Source: an uncultured Gammaproteobacteria bacterium
GTDB taxonomy: Bacteria > Pseudomonadota > Gammaproteobacteria > Eutrophobiales > Eutrophobiaceae
Direction of reading: 5' to 3'
DNA: 64,000 nucleotides
Assembly: GCA_943788815.1 (NCBI GenBank)
Contig: CALSRS010000002.1
Location: 573,766-637,765 of the forward strand
Positions 22,398 to 34,645 of the stretch are shown one piece after another. The notes beneath the pieces were generated by a model that made no database searches, was not told where the DNA came from, and saw only the letters and a program-made list of their open reading frames with translations. Every line of letters begins with the position of its first letter. Positions within the stretch are counted from its first letter, which is position 1. A program made the position numbers and the translations under genes.

Positions 22398-23762
22398 ATG
22401 CTAATTTCAATAAATCCAGCAAATAATAATGAAGTAGCGCGCTACGAAGAACATACACAAGAAGAAGTTCTAAATATCCTGGAGGCATCTAGCACCGCGT
22501 TTAAAGACTGGAAGACATCACCTTTTTCCAGTCGTTCAAAATTAATGCGAAACGCTGCAAATTGTTTAAGAGACCAGCATGATGACTATGCGAATCTCAT
22601 TACCCTGGAGATGGGAAAACCCATCAAACAAAGTCATGCTGAAATTGAAAAATGCGCTTTTATCTGTGATTACTATGCAGACAATGCTGAGAAGTTTTTA
22701 TCTAACATTACAATCAGTACTGCTGCAACAAACAGTTATGTTACGTTTCAACCCCTCGGTACTATACTTGCTGTTATGCCGTGGAATTTTCCCTTCTGGC
22801 AGGTATTCCGTTTTGCTGCACCAGCACTAATGGCAGGTAACGCAGGGGTCTTAAAACACGCATCAAATGTTACCGGCTGTGCATTGGCAATCGAAAGCGT
22901 CTTTAAAGATGCCGGGTTTAATGAGGCACTATTTAAAACCTTGAAATTACCTGGCAGTAAAGTTTCATCTGTCATAGAACATCCAGTGGTACAAGCCGTC
23001 ACCCTGACAGGAAGTGGAGCAGCTGGTCAGGCGGTGGCGCAATGTGCAGGGAGAATATTAAAAAAATCTGTTTTGGAACTCGGTGGCAGTGATCCCTATA
23101 TTATTCTGGATGATGCCAATCTGGAACAAACAGTCTCTGCCTGTGTGACCAGCCGCCTGATTAACGGTGGACAAAGTTGTATAGCAGCAAAACGCTTCAT
23201 TGTAGTTGAATCCTTGAAGGCAGAATTCGAAAAACGGTTTGTAGAATTAATGTCAAAAAAGACCATGGGTGACCCCATGGATGAGGCAATTGATATAGGT
23301 CCCCAAGCAAGGACTGATCTCAGAGACGAACTACATCAGCAAGTATCTACCAGTATAAAGAAAGGTGCTCAATGTTTACTGGGTGGTGAATTACCTGATA
23401 TAAATGGAGCCTATTATCCACCAACCGTGCTGACAAATGTTTCCAAAGGTATGCCTGCCTATGATGATGAATTATTTGGACCTGTCGCTGCCATTATCTC
23501 GGCTAAGAACGAAGAAGATGCCATCGCGATTGCTAACGACAGCGAGTTTGGTCTGGGTGCCGCGGTATTCACACAGGATATTCAAAAGGGAGAAGATATA
23601 GCAGAAAATAAACTCGAAGCGGGTTGTTGTTTTGTGAATGATTTTGTGAAATCCGATCCCAGATTACCTTTTGGTGGAATCAAACAAAGTGGTTATGGTC
23701 GGGAACTGTCTTACTTCGGCATACAGGAATTTGTGAATATTAAAACTGTGTACCGGAAATAA
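22398..23762 (+). CDS. sad: NAD(P)-dependent succinate-semialdehyde dehydrogenase (Sad/GabD1 type)
   Basis: MPWNFPFWQVFRF, LELGGSDP, GQSCIAAKRF, ELFGPVA, PFGGIKQSGYGREL; ATG at 22398. Confidence 0.85.
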   Translation: MLISINPANNNEVARYEEHTQEEVLNILEASSTAFKDWKTSPFSSRSKLMRNAANCLRDQHDDYANLITLEMGKPIKQSHAEIEKCAFICDYYADNAEKFLSNITISTAATNSYVTFQPLGTILAVMPWNFPFWQVFRFAAPALMAGNAGVLKHASNVTGCALAIESVFKDAGFNEALFKTLKLPGSKVSSVIEHPVVQAVTLTGSGAAGQAVAQCAGRILKKSVLELGGSDPYIILDDANLEQTVSACVTSRLINGGQSCIAAKRFIVVESLKAEFEKRFVELMSKKTMGDPMDEAIDIGPQARTDLRDELHQQVSTSIKKGAQCLLGGELPDINGAYYPPTVLTNVSKGMPAYDDELFGPVAAIISAKNEEDAIAIANDSEFGLGAAVFTQDIQKGEDIAENKLEAGCCFVNDFVKSDPRLPFGGIKQSGYGRELSYFGIQEFVNIKTVYRK

Positions 23763-23832
23763 TCTATAACCAATTAAAATCACACTTAAATTTTTTATTC
23801 TGACAATTCCTGGAAAAACTTATTTGATAACT

Positions 23833-25077
23833 TCATTCAATTAGACTGTGGACTACAAGTCCACTTCTTAATTTTGGTTCAAACCAGGTTACTTTAGGTG
23901 GCATTATCAGGTCATTATCAGCAATATCCATGAGTTGCTTCATTGATACCGGGTACATAGCAAATGCAACCGCCATTTCACCCGAATCTACCCGACGCTT
24001 AAGTTCTTTTAGACCTCGTATACCACCTACAAATTCGATACGCTTATCAGTCCTGAGATCTTTGATATCAAGCAAGGGTTCGAGTATTTGCTTAGATAAA
24101 GCGGTCACATCAAGAACATCTATCGGGTCATTATCGTTATACACATCAGGATGTGCCTGTAATTTGTACCAATTACCATCTAGATACATTCCAATTTCAT
24201 GAAGTTCTTTTGGCTTAAATATTTCTTTCCCTATAAGGTTTATATCGAAACTTTTGGATATTGCTTCAATTAAAGATTCTGCAGTATGCCCATTCAGATC
24301 TTTTACCACACGGTTGTAATCAAATATTTGCAGCTGATTATCTGGAAAATGTACCGCCAGAAAATAATTATATTCCTCAGTGCCCTGGTGCGAAGGATTT
24401 TCTGCTTTGAGATCATTTCCCACCAGAGCTGCAGCTGCTGTTCTATGATGTCCATCTGCTACATAGGTCTCATTCATTTGAGAAAATATATCAACGATAG
24501 AATTAATCGTAGTTTCATTTTTAATAACCCAGAATCTGTGCTGAATACCATCATCAGTAATAAAGTCGTAAACAGGTAAGGCCTGTTTCTCACTTTCAAT
24601 TAATTGATCTAGGATTTCCTGCGATTGATAGGCAAAAAACACGGGTTCTGCATTTAACATTGAAATACGTACGTGATTTTTACGATCTGTTTCTTTGTCT
24701 GGACGGGTCAATTCATGTTTTTTAATCTTTCCTTGCATGTAATCTTCCACCGCAGCACAAGCAACAATTCCAGATTGAGATCTACCGTCCATGGTGAGTT
24801 CATAGATATAAAGACAATCAGTTTCATCCTGAATGAAGACATCCTGATCTATCAGTGTCTGGAAATTTTTCTTGCCAGCCTCATAAACCTGTTCGGAATA
24901 AGGATCAATATCATTTGTTAAGGTGATTTCTGGTTTAACCACGTTAAGGAATGAATAAGGATTTCCTTTTGCTTCGAGTCGTGCCTCATCGGAATCCAGG
25001 ACATCATATGGCCGGCTTGCAACCTGACTGGAATAATTCGATCTGGGTCTAAACCCTTTAAATGCTTTTATATCCAC
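23833..25077 (-). CDS. DUF1015 family protein
   Basis: PYDV, IKKHELTRPDKE.DR, YVADGHHR, MPPKVTWFEPKLRSGL; GTG start overlaps the serA stop by 1 nt. Confidence 0.9.
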   Translation of the reverse strand: MDIKAFKGFRPRSNYSSQVASRPYDVLDSDEARLEAKGNPYSFLNVVKPEITLTNDIDPYSEQVYEAGKKNFQTLIDQDVFIQDETDCLYIYELTMDGRSQSGIVACAAVEDYMQGKIKKHELTRPDKETDRKNHVRISMLNAEPVFFAYQSQEILDQLIESEKQALPVYDFITDDGIQHRFWVIKNETTINSIVDIFSQMNETYVADGHHRTAAAALVGNDLKAENPSHQGTEEYNYFLAVHFPDNQLQIFDYNRVVKDLNGHTAESLIEAISKSFDINLIGKEIFKPKELHEIGMYLDGNWYKLQAHPDVYNDNDPIDVLDVTALSKQILEPLLDIKDLRTDKRIEFVGGIRGLKELKRRVDSGEMAVAFAMYPVSMKQLMDIADNDLIMPPKVTWFEPKLRSGLVVHSLIE

Positions 25078-26666
25078 TACAGGCTAACTTGCATTACCTT
25101 GCTAATAGCATTAATTTTTGAAATCTCATCGATAGTTTGCTTATCTAGAGTCACAGAGACGCCCATGATACCAATGGCCTTACTTCCTCCATTGACGATT
25201 CCAAGTTGCATACTGGAAATATTAATCTCCTGTTTTGCAAGAATAGAACTTACACCTGCTATTACACCAGGTTCATCCTTATGTCTTGTTATCAAAATAT
25301 GTCCGTCCAAAACCGCTTCAATATTATAATCATTGATCCTGACCAGTCTTGGATGTTTATTATCAAATAGTGTGCCTTCTACAACTGTCTTTTCATCATC
25401 TCCATGATGTGCCGTTAAACTCACTGTTGAATGATATCTCGGATGGTCTTCACAGGTACTTTCCATCAATTTCGTTCCATTTTTTAATGCGGTCGAAACT
25501 GCATTTACACTGTTTACCGGGGCAGACATTCGAGTACTTAATAGCCCCACCAGGCTTTCAACCGAAACAGATCTAACATCGCGCTTGCTTGCTTCACCAG
25601 ATAATGTCACGTCTAGCTGGGTTATAGGTACATCAACCATACCTCCCAATAATTTACCCAATCTGTTTGCCAGAATAATGTAAGGCTGTAATTTGATTAA
25701 TTCATCTGAAGATACTGGAGGCAAGTTAATAGCATTAATGGGTTCACCTGTTTGCAGGTATATTGAAATTTGACTGGCCAATTCAGTGCCTGCCGCTTTT
25801 TGAGCTTCATCTGTTGAGGCACCAAGGTGAGGTGTAAATACAATATTATCCAACTCGATTAACGGTGAGTCACTGGGAGGTTCTGTTTCGAACACGTCCA
25901 GCGCAGCTCCACCAAGATTGCCAGATTTTAAGGCTTCATATAAGGCCTGCTCGTCAACAAGACCGCCTCTGGCAACATTTATGATACGCGCACTTTTTTT
26001 CATCGTCTTAATACGATCCGCGTTTAATACCCCTCTGGTTTTATCATTAACTGGACAATGCAAGCTTATATAATCAGAGACCTTAACAAGTTCATCAACA
26101 TTAAGTGGTGTGATACCTTCGTTTTCAAATGCTTCATCAGTTACAAATGGATCAAATGCAACAATTTTCATTTTGAATGCCTTTGCACGTGAGGCAACAA
26201 TTCTTCCGATATTTCCAAAACCAATTATCCCTAGTGTTTTATTTGCCAGTTCAGCGCCCATAAATTTTGACCTTTCCCATTTCCCACTTCTAACGGAGCG
26301 ATCCGCAGCTGGCAGACTTCTACTTAATGAAAGGATATGAGCAAATGTTAATTCTGCAGTTGTTGTTGCATTTGCATCAGGTGTGTTCATGACGACAATT
26401 CCTTTCTCTGTCGCCTTCTCAATATCAATATTGTCAACACCAATACCGGCTCGACCGATTACTTGTAAAACATCGGAAGCCTCGATTACTTTTTCCGTTA
26501 TTTTTACAGCACTTCTTACCAAAATCGCATGATAGCCGGGAATTTTTGCACAAAGACCTGATTCATCCAATCCGTGTTCAACGTCTACCAAAAAGCCTGC
26601 TTGTTCCTTAAGATAATCAACACCATCCTGTGCAATTTTGTCTGCAATAAGAATTCTTTTTTCCAT
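25077..26666 (-). CDS. serA: D-3-phosphoglycerate dehydrogenase, long form with intervening and ACT domains
   Basis: GRAGIGVDNID, GFGNIG, INVARGG, TPHLGASTDEAQ, C-terminal DEPGVIA...INIS ACT domain; 529 aa. Confidence 0.93.
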   Translation of the reverse strand: MEKRILIADKIAQDGVDYLKEQAGFLVDVEHGLDESGLCAKIPGYHAILVRSAVKITEKVIEASDVLQVIGRAGIGVDNIDIEKATEKGIVVMNTPDANATTTAELTFAHILSLSRSLPAADRSVRSGKWERSKFMGAELANKTLGIIGFGNIGRIVASRAKAFKMKIVAFDPFVTDEAFENEGITPLNVDELVKVSDYISLHCPVNDKTRGVLNADRIKTMKKSARIINVARGGLVDEQALYEALKSGNLGGAALDVFETEPPSDSPLIELDNIVFTPHLGASTDEAQKAAGTELASQISIYLQTGEPINAINLPPVSSDELIKLQPYIILANRLGKLLGGMVDVPITQLDVTLSGEASKRDVRSVSVESLVGLLSTRMSAPVNSVNAVSTALKNGTKLMESTCEDHPRYHSTVSLTAHHGDDEKTVVEGTLFDNKHPRLVRINDYNIEAVLDGHILITRHKDEPGVIAGVSSILAKQEINISSMQLGIVNGGSKAIGIMGVSVTLDKQTIDEISKINAISKVMQVSL

Positions 26667-26833
26667 AGTATTTCCGGTTAAAATTTTGAAATGTAGTTAA
26701 GGTTTAATTTCAAGATATATAATAGATTATACTGCGTTTTTATATACCTTCAGTAAAACAGGGGCTCATTGTAGAGGCCTTATTGTAAATTAAGAAATAA
26801 ATTGTTAAAACTTGTAAGAAGTAACAATACTGT

Positions 26834-28168
26834 TTACTGTGCCTGGAGCGCAGCTTCAACATCTTTGGCTAGCTGATTTGCCAATAAATTTACCTGATTT
26901 TCATTAATTCCCTCTACCATTACCCTCACCAGGGGCTCCGTTCCTGACGGTCTTAATAATACTCTTCCGTCATTTCCTAACTGATTCTCAATATCCTTAA
27001 CTAGCATATCTATTTCAGGAATTTTTGTTATATCTGAGTCAGGTAAGGTGTTTACATTAATAAGTACTTGTGGGCACTTTTGCATACCAGTTTTCAATTC
27101 CTTCAATGACTTACTGCTTTTTATCATTGTTTCCAGTACCAGCAAGGCAGAGATTATTCCGTCCCCTGTTGTAGCCTTACTCAAATTAATTATATGTCCA
27201 GACGACTCACCACCTAGAATCAGGTGTTTTGATCTCAGTTGATCCATTACATAACGATCGCCAACATTAGCCCTGATAAAATCCAGGTTCATATTTAGTA
27301 TTGCTTTTTCTAAGCCAAGATTACTCATTAAGGTACCTACAACTGCACCATTGAGTGAATTTAATTCAGAGTTTGCAATGATATACAGGATTTCATCGCC
27401 ATCGACAGTGTTTCCATCTTCATCTACCAGAATTAACCTGTCGCCATCACCATCAAGGGCGATACCAATATCGGCATTATGCTCAACTACCGATTGCTGA
27501 ATATTTTTTGGGTTCGTTGCACCATATCCATCATTGATATTTTTTCCGTCGGGATTAGCGCCAATGACTACAACATTAGCCCCAAGCTCTTCAAATACTT
27601 GTGGCGCAATATGATATGTTGCACCATGGGCACAATCTATCACGACCTTAAGGTCACCAAGGTTGATACTATTATCTAATCTACTTTTACAAAATTCTAT
27701 ATATCTTCTTGGGGCATCATTAATACGCCTGGCCTTGCCCAATTTTGTTGACTCAATAACCTGCATGGGTTTATCGAGCTCTGATTCAATTTCCTGTTCT
27801 AATTCATCGTCAAGCTTATATCCATCAACAGAAAAAAATTTAAACCCGTTATCGTTATACGGATTATGGGATGCACTTATAACAATACCTGCCTGAGCTC
27901 GAGTGTTATTAGTCAGATAGGCGATGCCAGGTGTAGGCATAGGACCTAATAAACGAATATCTACTCCCGCAGCAGACAAACCCGATTCCAGTGCAGATTC
28001 CAGCATGTAGCCAGATAGTCGCGTATCCTTTCCGATTAACACCGGGCCAGCGCCCTCCCTCGCAAGTACACGGCCTGCCGCCCAGCCAAGTCGCATGGCA
28101 AAATCAGGAGTAATTGGATACTCACCCACTTTTCCGCGTATACCGTCAGTGCCGAAAAGTTTTCTCAT
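26834..28168 (-). CDS. glmM: phosphoglucosamine mutase
   Basis: [38 protein letters not shown]. Confidence 0.97.
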   Translation of the reverse strand: MRKLFGTDGIRGKVGEYPITPDFAMRLGWAAGRVLAREGAGPVLIGKDTRLSGYMLESALESGLSAAGVDIRLLGPMPTPGIAYLTNNTRAQAGIVISASHNPYNDNGFKFFSVDGYKLDDELEQEIESELDKPMQVIESTKLGKARRINDAPRRYIEFCKSRLDNSINLGDLKVVIDCAHGATYHIAPQVFEELGANVVVIGANPDGKNINDGYGATNPKNIQQSVVEHNADIGIALDGDGDRLILVDEDGNTVDGDEILYIIANSELNSLNGAVVGTLMSNLGLEKAILNMNLDFIRANVGDRYVMDQLRSKHLILGGESSGHIINLSKATTGDGIISALLVLETMIKSSKSLKELKTGMQKCPQVLINVNTLPDSDITKIPEIDMLVKDIENQLGNDGRVLLRPSGTEPLVRVMVEGINENQVNLLANQLAKDVEAALQAQ

Positions 28169-28213
28169 ACAGGTTTAGAGTATTTTATCTCAAACAAAAT
28201 GACCCAGTAATAC

Positions 28214-30175
28214 TCAGGGTTTCGCAGGATTTGCAATGGTTGGATCTTCTGAATCATCTTTAGTATCAGAGGATTTCACCTTGCTTGAAGCTTTTTTCTT
28301 GACCTTTCTTCCAGGCTTCTTTTTCAGACTGCCCGACTCATGATCATCATCGCCCCAATCTGATGGAGGGCGAGGTGTTCTTCCTTCCATGATGTCATCT
28401 ATCTGATGACTATCCAGTGTCTCATACTTCATTAAAGCATCTGCCATAATATGCAGCTTATCAATATGAGATTTTAATATATCCTCAGCCGTATTATAGT
28501 TCCTGTCTATTATGTCCTTAATTTCTGAATCTATCAGGCGAGCAGTCTCATTTGAAATCTCTTTATGCTTTGTAACTGAGTGACCAAGAAAAACCTCACC
28601 TTCTTCTTCATCGTAGGTTAATGGACCCAGTTTTTCAGACAAACCCCATTTCGTCACCATACTTCTTGCAATTGAGGTTGCCCTTTGAATATCGTTAGAG
28701 GCACCTGTCGTCACCGAGTCATGTCCAAATATCAACTCTTCGGCAATTCTGCCACCAAACAGACTACATAACTGACTCTCAAGGAATTTCTTACTATAAC
28801 TTAAGCGGTCAGACTCAGGTAGAAACATGGTAACACCCAGTGCCCTGCCCCTGGGAATAATGGACACTTTGTAGACGGGATCATGACCTGGCATGGAACG
28901 ACCGACGATAGTGTGCCCAGCCTCATGATATGCGGTAAGCTTCTTTTCATCGTCACTCATAACCATGGAACGACGCTCAGCGCCCATCATTACCTTGTCC
29001 TTGGCACGTTCAAAATCTTCCATTTCAACAAGCTTTTTATTTCCGCGTGCTGCGAACAATGCAGCTTCGTTCACCAAATTAGCAAGGTCAGCTCCGGAAA
29101 AACCTGGTGTACCCCTTGCAATAACGCTGGCATCAACATTGTCACCCAAGGCTACCTTTCGCATATGGACCTTTAATATCTGGTCGCGACCACGGATATC
29201 CGGCAATGGCACAACCACCTGGCGGTCAAAACGCCCTGGTCTAAGCAGTGCAGGATCCAGCACATCCGGACGGTTTGTTGCAGCAATAACAATTACGCCT
29301 TCAGTCCCTTCAAAGCCATCCATTTCTACCAGCAACTGGTTTAATGTTTGTTCACGTTCATCGTGGCCACCGCCCAAACCAGCGCCTCTGTGCCGACCAA
29401 CAGCATCGATTTCATCAATAAAAATAATACACGGGGCATGTTTTTTTGCCTGCTCAAACATATCACGGACCCTGGAAGCACCAACTCCAACAAACATTTC
29501 AACAAAGTCAGATCCGGATATCGTGAAAAATGGCACCTTTGCCTCACCAGCGATTGCCTTTGCCAGCAGGGTCTTACCAGTACCTGGAGAACCAACCATC
29601 AATACACCTGAAGGAATCTTTCCTCCCAGCTTCTGAAACTTTGTCGGGTCACGTAAAAATTCTACCAGTTCTGAAACTTCTTCTTTCGCCTCTTCAACAC
29701 CAGCAACATCATTAAATGTAATTTTTACCTGATCTTCACCCAACATGCGTGCACGACTCTTACCGAAAGACATTGCACCACGACCACCACCACCTCCTTG
29801 CATCTGGCGCATAAAATAGATCCAGATTCCCAGCAATAACAGGATTGGGAACCATGAAATCAGTGCCTGGGCCCAGAAGGAATTTCGTGGTGCGGCACCA
29901 AGCAGTTCAACATTGTTCTCCAGCAATGTACCAATAAGTGCATCATTACTGGTCTCAGGGCTATAACTTATGAAACGGCTGCCATCAGTGAATTCACCAT
30001 TAACCGTGCTTCCTTCGATAGTGACGGAATCGATACGCCCGGTTTTTACATTTGATATGAATTGTGAATAGGGAATGGTTGAACTTGAGGTTGGTGCCCC
30101 AAAATTTTTGAATACCATCATTAATACCAAGGCAATAATGACCCATAACACCAGATTCTTTCCGAAATCGTTCAA
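28214..30175 (-). CDS. ftsH: ATP-dependent zinc metalloprotease FtsH
   Basis: Two TM segments, [22 protein letters not shown]. Confidence 0.98.
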   Translation of the reverse strand: MNDFGKNLVLWVIIALVLMMVFKNFGAPTSSSTIPYSQFISNVKTGRIDSVTIEGSTVNGEFTDGSRFISYSPETSNDALIGTLLENNVELLGAAPRNSFWAQALISWFPILLLLGIWIYFMRQMQGGGGGRGAMSFGKSRARMLGEDQVKITFNDVAGVEEAKEEVSELVEFLRDPTKFQKLGGKIPSGVLMVGSPGTGKTLLAKAIAGEAKVPFFTISGSDFVEMFVGVGASRVRDMFEQAKKHAPCIIFIDEIDAVGRHRGAGLGGGHDEREQTLNQLLVEMDGFEGTEGVIVIAATNRPDVLDPALLRPGRFDRQVVVPLPDIRGRDQILKVHMRKVALGDNVDASVIARGTPGFSGADLANLVNEAALFAARGNKKLVEMEDFERAKDKVMMGAERRSMVMSDDEKKLTAYHEAGHTIVGRSMPGHDPVYKVSIIPRGRALGVTMFLPESDRLSYSKKFLESQLCSLFGGRIAEELIFGHDSVTTGASNDIQRATSIARSMVTKWGLSEKLGPLTYDEEEGEVFLGHSVTKHKEISNETARLIDSEIKDIIDRNYNTAEDILKSHIDKLHIMADALMKYETLDSHQIDDIMEGRTPRPPSDWGDDDHESGSLKKKPGRKVKKKASSKVKSSDTKDDSEDPTIANPAKP

Positions 30176-30295
30176 AGCTGCTCCTTATATATATCTATGT
30201 AAATCAATTGTTTGACCGAGGATAAGATGGAAAATTCGGTTGACCAATAAATAAAGGTTTTTTTTATGAATTGTTAATATGTCTTAATCGGTAAA

Positions 30296-30907
30296 TTATA
30301 TCTCATATCCACATCCCAGCATATAAATCTCCCTGGAACTATCTCTGGATGCTCGAGGCTTCCTCACCATAACTCTTTGAAATTTAGACGTTAATTCATT
30401 CCTGAACGCATCTATTTCACTACCTTCAAACAATTTTATCAACAATCCTCCTCCGGGTTTTAAAATCTTAAATGCGACATCAACCACGGATTTTGCTAAT
30501 TCAAGGCTCCTGGCCTGATCAGTATCTCTAATACCAGTTAAATTGGGGGCAATATCTGAAATTACAAGATCTATCTGTCGCTGTCCGGACAAAGTAATAC
30601 ATTGATGAAACGTCTGCTCATCCAAAATATCACCTAAAATAAACTCTACACCCGGTATATCCGTCATTTCCAGTCGATCAATTGCAATCAATTTTCCACC
30701 GGGCTTAATTTTCTTTGAAGCGTACTGGCTCCATCCTCCAGGGGCTGCACCAAGATCAAGAATATACATTCCTGGACGAATTAATCGGTCCTTTTCATCA
30801 ATTTCCTGTAGTTTATAAACGGCTCTGGAACGGTAGTTTTCTTTTCTAGCACTTTTTACGTAGTGGTCATTATTTTGCCGATGTACCCAGGACTTGTTGC
30901 GTTTCAT
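30296..30907 (-). CDS. rlmE: 23S rRNA Um2552 methyltransferase
   Basis: YRSRAVYKL, DLGAAPGGWSQ, SDIAPN, KPRASR.SSRE.Y; upstream of ftsH. Confidence 0.95.
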   Translation of the reverse strand: MKRNKSWVHRQNNDHYVKSARKENYRSRAVYKLQEIDEKDRLIRPGMYILDLGAAPGGWSQYASKKIKPGGKLIAIDRLEMTDIPGVEFILGDILDEQTFHQCITLSGQRQIDLVISDIAPNLTGIRDTDQARSLELAKSVVDVAFKILKPGGGLLIKLFEGSEIDAFRNELTSKFQRVMVRKPRASRDSSREIYMLGCGYEI

Positions 30908-30951
30908 CGGGTGAAAATTTAGTTATTGAATGCTTGAAACATAAAATTCAC

Positions 30952-31425
30952 TTATATGTAGTTTATTTCAAGAATCTCATATTCCACAATCCCTGCCGGC
31001 GCATTTACCTCAACTATATCTCCTAACTCCTTCCCAATCATTGCCTTGGCAATTGGCGATGTGATAGACACGAGTCCCATTTCAAGATCTGCTTCCTCTT
31101 CTCCAACAATCTGATATACAACTTCCTTGCTATCATCAAGGTTCTCAAGTTTCACAGTGGCTCCAAATACAATCTTATCACCAGCATCGATGGTCAATAT
31201 GTCTATAATCTGGGCCGTTGACAAAACAGATTCCAAAGATGCAATTTTTCCTTCAACAAATCCTTGCTGCTCTTTCGCTGCATGATATTCTGCATTTTCA
31301 CTCAGATCACCATGACTACGTGCTTCAGATATGGCTTCAATAATTCTTGGTCTATCTTCGCTCTTGAGTTTATATAACGTCTCCCGAAGCCTTTCGGCAC
31401 CTTTTGAAGTTAATGGTGTGCTCAT
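30952..31425 (-). CDS. greA: transcription elongation factor GreA
   Basis: [25 protein letters not shown]. Confidence 0.97.
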   Translation of the reverse strand: MSTPLTSKGAERLRETLYKLKSEDRPRIIEAISEARSHGDLSENAEYHAAKEQQGFVEGKIASLESVLSTAQIIDILTIDAGDKIVFGATVKLENLDDSKEVVYQIVGEEEADLEMGLVSITSPIAKAMIGKELGDIVEVNAPAGIVEYEILEINYI

Positions 31426-34400
31426 AGCTTTACTCCTTTATGTAATTCTTGCAGACAATAAACCTCATTTAAATCCAGACACTTGAGCGCATTTACTGTT
31501 GCTGTCGCGCCTGCGATTGTCGTTGTATAAAACACTTTGTGCTGCAATGCAGTTCTGCGAATGGAATAAGAATCTGCGACTGCTTTTTTCCCTTCTGTGG
31601 TATTAATTATCAGACTGATCTCATCATTTTTCAGCATATCAACGATGTGAGGTTGACCTTCCCTGACCTTGTTTATACCCAGACAATCGACACCAGCATC
31701 CCTTATGGATTTCGCGGTACCGTGGGTAGCACAAATTTCAAATCCTAATTTATCAAGCTCAATTGCAATTTGTTGAGCACTTTCTTTATCAGTATCTCGC
31801 ACACTGATAAAAGCTAATCCACTTTCGGGAATTTTACTGCCAGCCCCTAATTGCGCTTTTGCAAACGCTTCTCCAAAACTTTTCCCAACACCCATCACTT
31901 CGCCAGTAGATTTCATTTCAGGTCCAAGCAAAGGATCTACTTCAGGAAATTTTATAAATGGAAAGACTGCTTCTTTAACCGAAATATAATCTGGAGTAAT
32001 ACATGAATTTACATTCTGCTGATCAAGGGTGATATCAATCATACATTTAGCTGCAATTTTAGCTAAAGGAACACTAGTCGCTTTTGATACAAATGGCACT
32101 GTACGGGAGGCGCGAGGATTAACTTCCAAAACATATATCTGGCCCTTCTGTATGGCAAATTGAGTATTCATTAAGCCCTTTACTTGAAGTCCTTTTGCCA
32201 TTTTGGTTACCTGCTTAATCAATTCATCTTGAACAGATTTATCAAGGTTATAAGGTGGTAAGGAACATGCCGAATCACCAGAGTGGACTCCTGCTTGTTC
32301 AATATGTTCCATTATCCCACCTATAATTACACGTTCTCCATCTGACACTGCATCTACATCCACTTCAATTGCATCATTCAGAAATTTATCAAGTAGTACC
32401 GGCGACTCATTTGATACTGATACAGCCACTTTCATATAGTTTTGTAAGTCTTCTTTTGAATAAACGATTTCCATTGCACGACCACCCAGTACATATGATG
32501 GTCTGACAACAAGTGGATACCCGATCTCTTCCGCAAGTTTAACGGCATCATCAGTTGTCCTGGCCGTGCGGTTCGGTGGTTGAAGTAAGCCGAGTTTATC
32601 CAGAAATTTCTGAAACCGTTCCCTGTCTTCTGCAAGATCAATGGAATCAGGTGAGGTACCAATAATCGGTGCGCCTGCGGCTTCCAGATCTCGTGCCAGT
32701 TTTAATGGGGTCTGTCCTCCAAACTGGACAATCACACCTTCTGGTTTTTCAACTCGAATTACTTCCAGTACATCTTCCAGTGTTAGTGGCTCAAAATAGA
32801 GGCGATCTGATATGTCATAGTCTGTAGATACTGTTTCTGGATTACAGTTAATCATGATTGATTCGTATCCTGCCTCCTTCATTGCCATTGCGGCCTGAAC
32901 ACAGCAATAATCAAATTCAATCCCTTGTCCTATCCGATTTGGCCCACCTCCGAGGATGATAACTTTTTTATTATTTCCTGGATTGGCCTCACATTCTTCC
33001 TCATAAGTCGAATACATATAGGCAGTCGATGTTGAAAATTCTGCAGCACAAGAATCGACTCGCTTGTATACAGGGTGTATCCCATGTGTTTTTCGTGATT
33101 CTCGGATAAACTCTTCTTTTACATTTAATAAAGTAGCAATCCGTGAGTCAGCAAAGCCTTTCTTTTTAAGGCTGAGTAAATAATCTTTACCAATATCTTT
33201 TTTATTTGTTGATACAAGATTTTTTTCTTCTTCAATCAAGTCCTGAATCTGCGTAAGAAACCACATATCAATATGGGTAATAGCATGAATTTCATCGATA
33301 CTCATACCTGACCTGAAAGCATCTCCTATGTAAAGTAGACGATCAGATCTGGTATTGGAGATACCACCTCTTACAATATCGTCCGCATCAGCATCCTTCA
33401 AATCTACCTGTTCAACAAAACCATCTATACCAGTTTCGAGACCTCGAAGGGCCTTTTGCAATGATTCCTGAAACGTTCTACCCATTGCCATTACTTCACC
33501 CACAGATTTCATCTGTGTTGAAATACAATCTACAGCTTGTGGAAATTTTTCAAATGTAAATCGGGGAATCTTGGTTACGACATAATCTATTGAAGGTTCA
33601 AAAGATGCAGGAGTTTTACCTCCCGTTATTTCATTTTGAAGTTCATCAAGGGTATATCCAACTGCTAGCTTTGCAGCAATCTTTGCAATTGGAAATCCTG
33701 TAGCTTTAGAAGCCAATGCAGAAGAGCGCGAAACCCTGGGGTTCATTTCAATGATGACAAGATTCCCAGTATCCGGGTCGACAGCAAACTGAACATTAGA
33801 CCCTCCCGTATCGACACCGATTTCTCGTAATACAGCAATAGATGCATTACGCATTATTTGATATTCCTTATCAGTTAATGTCTGTGCTGGAGCAACAGTA
33901 ATTGAGTCTCCGGTATGCATACCCATGGGGTCCAGATTTTCAATTGAACAGACAATAATGCAGTTGTCCTTATTGTCCCTGACAACTTCCATTTCAAACT
34001 CTTTCCATCCAATGATGGACTTTTCAATTAACACTTCATTAGTTGGTGAAGCATCAATCCCACGTTCACATATATCTAAAAAGTCCTCTTTGTTATAGGC
34101 AATGCCACCACCAGTACCACCCAAAGTGAATGAAGGTCTAATAATGGCTGGAAAACCTATTTCTTTCATTGCCGCTTTTGCTTCGTCCAAATCATGAGCC
34201 AACACTGAATATGGCATATCCAGTCCAATCCTTTGCATTGCATCTCTGAATTTTTCCCTGTCTTCTGCTGTATCTATTGCTTCCTTAGTGGCTCCGATTA
34301 ATTCCACCGAATATTTGTCTAGCACTCCCATTCTTGCAAGATCCAGTGCACAGTTCAGTCCAGTTTGTCCACCCATGGTTGGAAGAATGGCATCAGGTCT

Positions 34401-34643
34401 TTCTTTTTCTATGATTCGTTCTACTGTTTGCCAGTGAACAGGCTCTATGTATGTTGCATCAGCCATATCTGGATCAGTCATGATAGTTGCGGGATTAGAA
34501 TTCACCAGAATCACCCGGTAACCTTCTTCTCTCAATGCCTTACACGCCTGTGCACCAGAATAATCAAATTCACATGCCTGTCCTATTACAATGGGACCAG
34601 CACCTATGATCAATACACTCTCTATATCAGTTCTTTTTGGCAT
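31422..34643 (-). CDS. carB: carbamoyl-phosphate synthase large subunit
   Basis: [17 protein letters not shown], two ATP-grasp halves, MGS domain; 1073 aa. Confidence 0.99.
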   Translation of the reverse strand: MPKRTDIESVLIIGAGPIVIGQACEFDYSGAQACKALREEGYRVILVNSNPATIMTDPDMADATYIEPVHWQTVERIIEKERPDAILPTMGGQTGLNCALDLARMGVLDKYSVELIGATKEAIDTAEDREKFRDAMQRIGLDMPYSVLAHDLDEAKAAMKEIGFPAIIRPSFTLGGTGGGIAYNKEDFLDICERGIDASPTNEVLIEKSIIGWKEFEMEVVRDNKDNCIIVCSIENLDPMGMHTGDSITVAPAQTLTDKEYQIMRNASIAVLREIGVDTGGSNVQFAVDPDTGNLVIIEMNPRVSRSSALASKATGFPIAKIAAKLAVGYTLDELQNEITGGKTPASFEPSIDYVVTKIPRFTFEKFPQAVDCISTQMKSVGEVMAMGRTFQESLQKALRGLETGIDGFVEQVDLKDADADDIVRGGISNTRSDRLLYIGDAFRSGMSIDEIHAITHIDMWFLTQIQDLIEEEKNLVSTNKKDIGKDYLLSLKKKGFADSRIATLLNVKEEFIRESRKTHGIHPVYKRVDSCAAEFSTSTAYMYSTYEEECEANPGNNKKVIILGGGPNRIGQGIEFDYCCVQAAMAMKEAGYESIMINCNPETVSTDYDISDRLYFEPLTLEDVLEVIRVEKPEGVIVQFGGQTPLKLARDLEAAGAPIIGTSPDSIDLAEDRERFQKFLDKLGLLQPPNRTARTTDDAVKLAEEIGYPLVVRPSYVLGGRAMEIVYSKEDLQNYMKVAVSVSNESPVLLDKFLNDAIEVDVDAVSDGERVIIGGIMEHIEQAGVHSGDSACSLPPYNLDKSVQDELIKQVTKMAKGLQVKGLMNTQFAIQKGQIYVLEVNPRASRTVPFVSKATSVPLAKIAAKCMIDITLDQQNVNSCITPDYISVKEAVFPFIKFPEVDPLLGPEMKSTGEVMGVGKSFGEAFAKAQLGAGSKIPESGLAFISVRDTDKESAQQIAIELDKLGFEICATHGTAKSIRDAGVDCLGINKVREGQPHIVDMLKNDEISLIINTTEGKKAVADSYSIRRTALQHKVFYTTTIAGATATVNALKCLDLNEVYCLQELHKGVKL

Positions 34644-34645
34644 GA

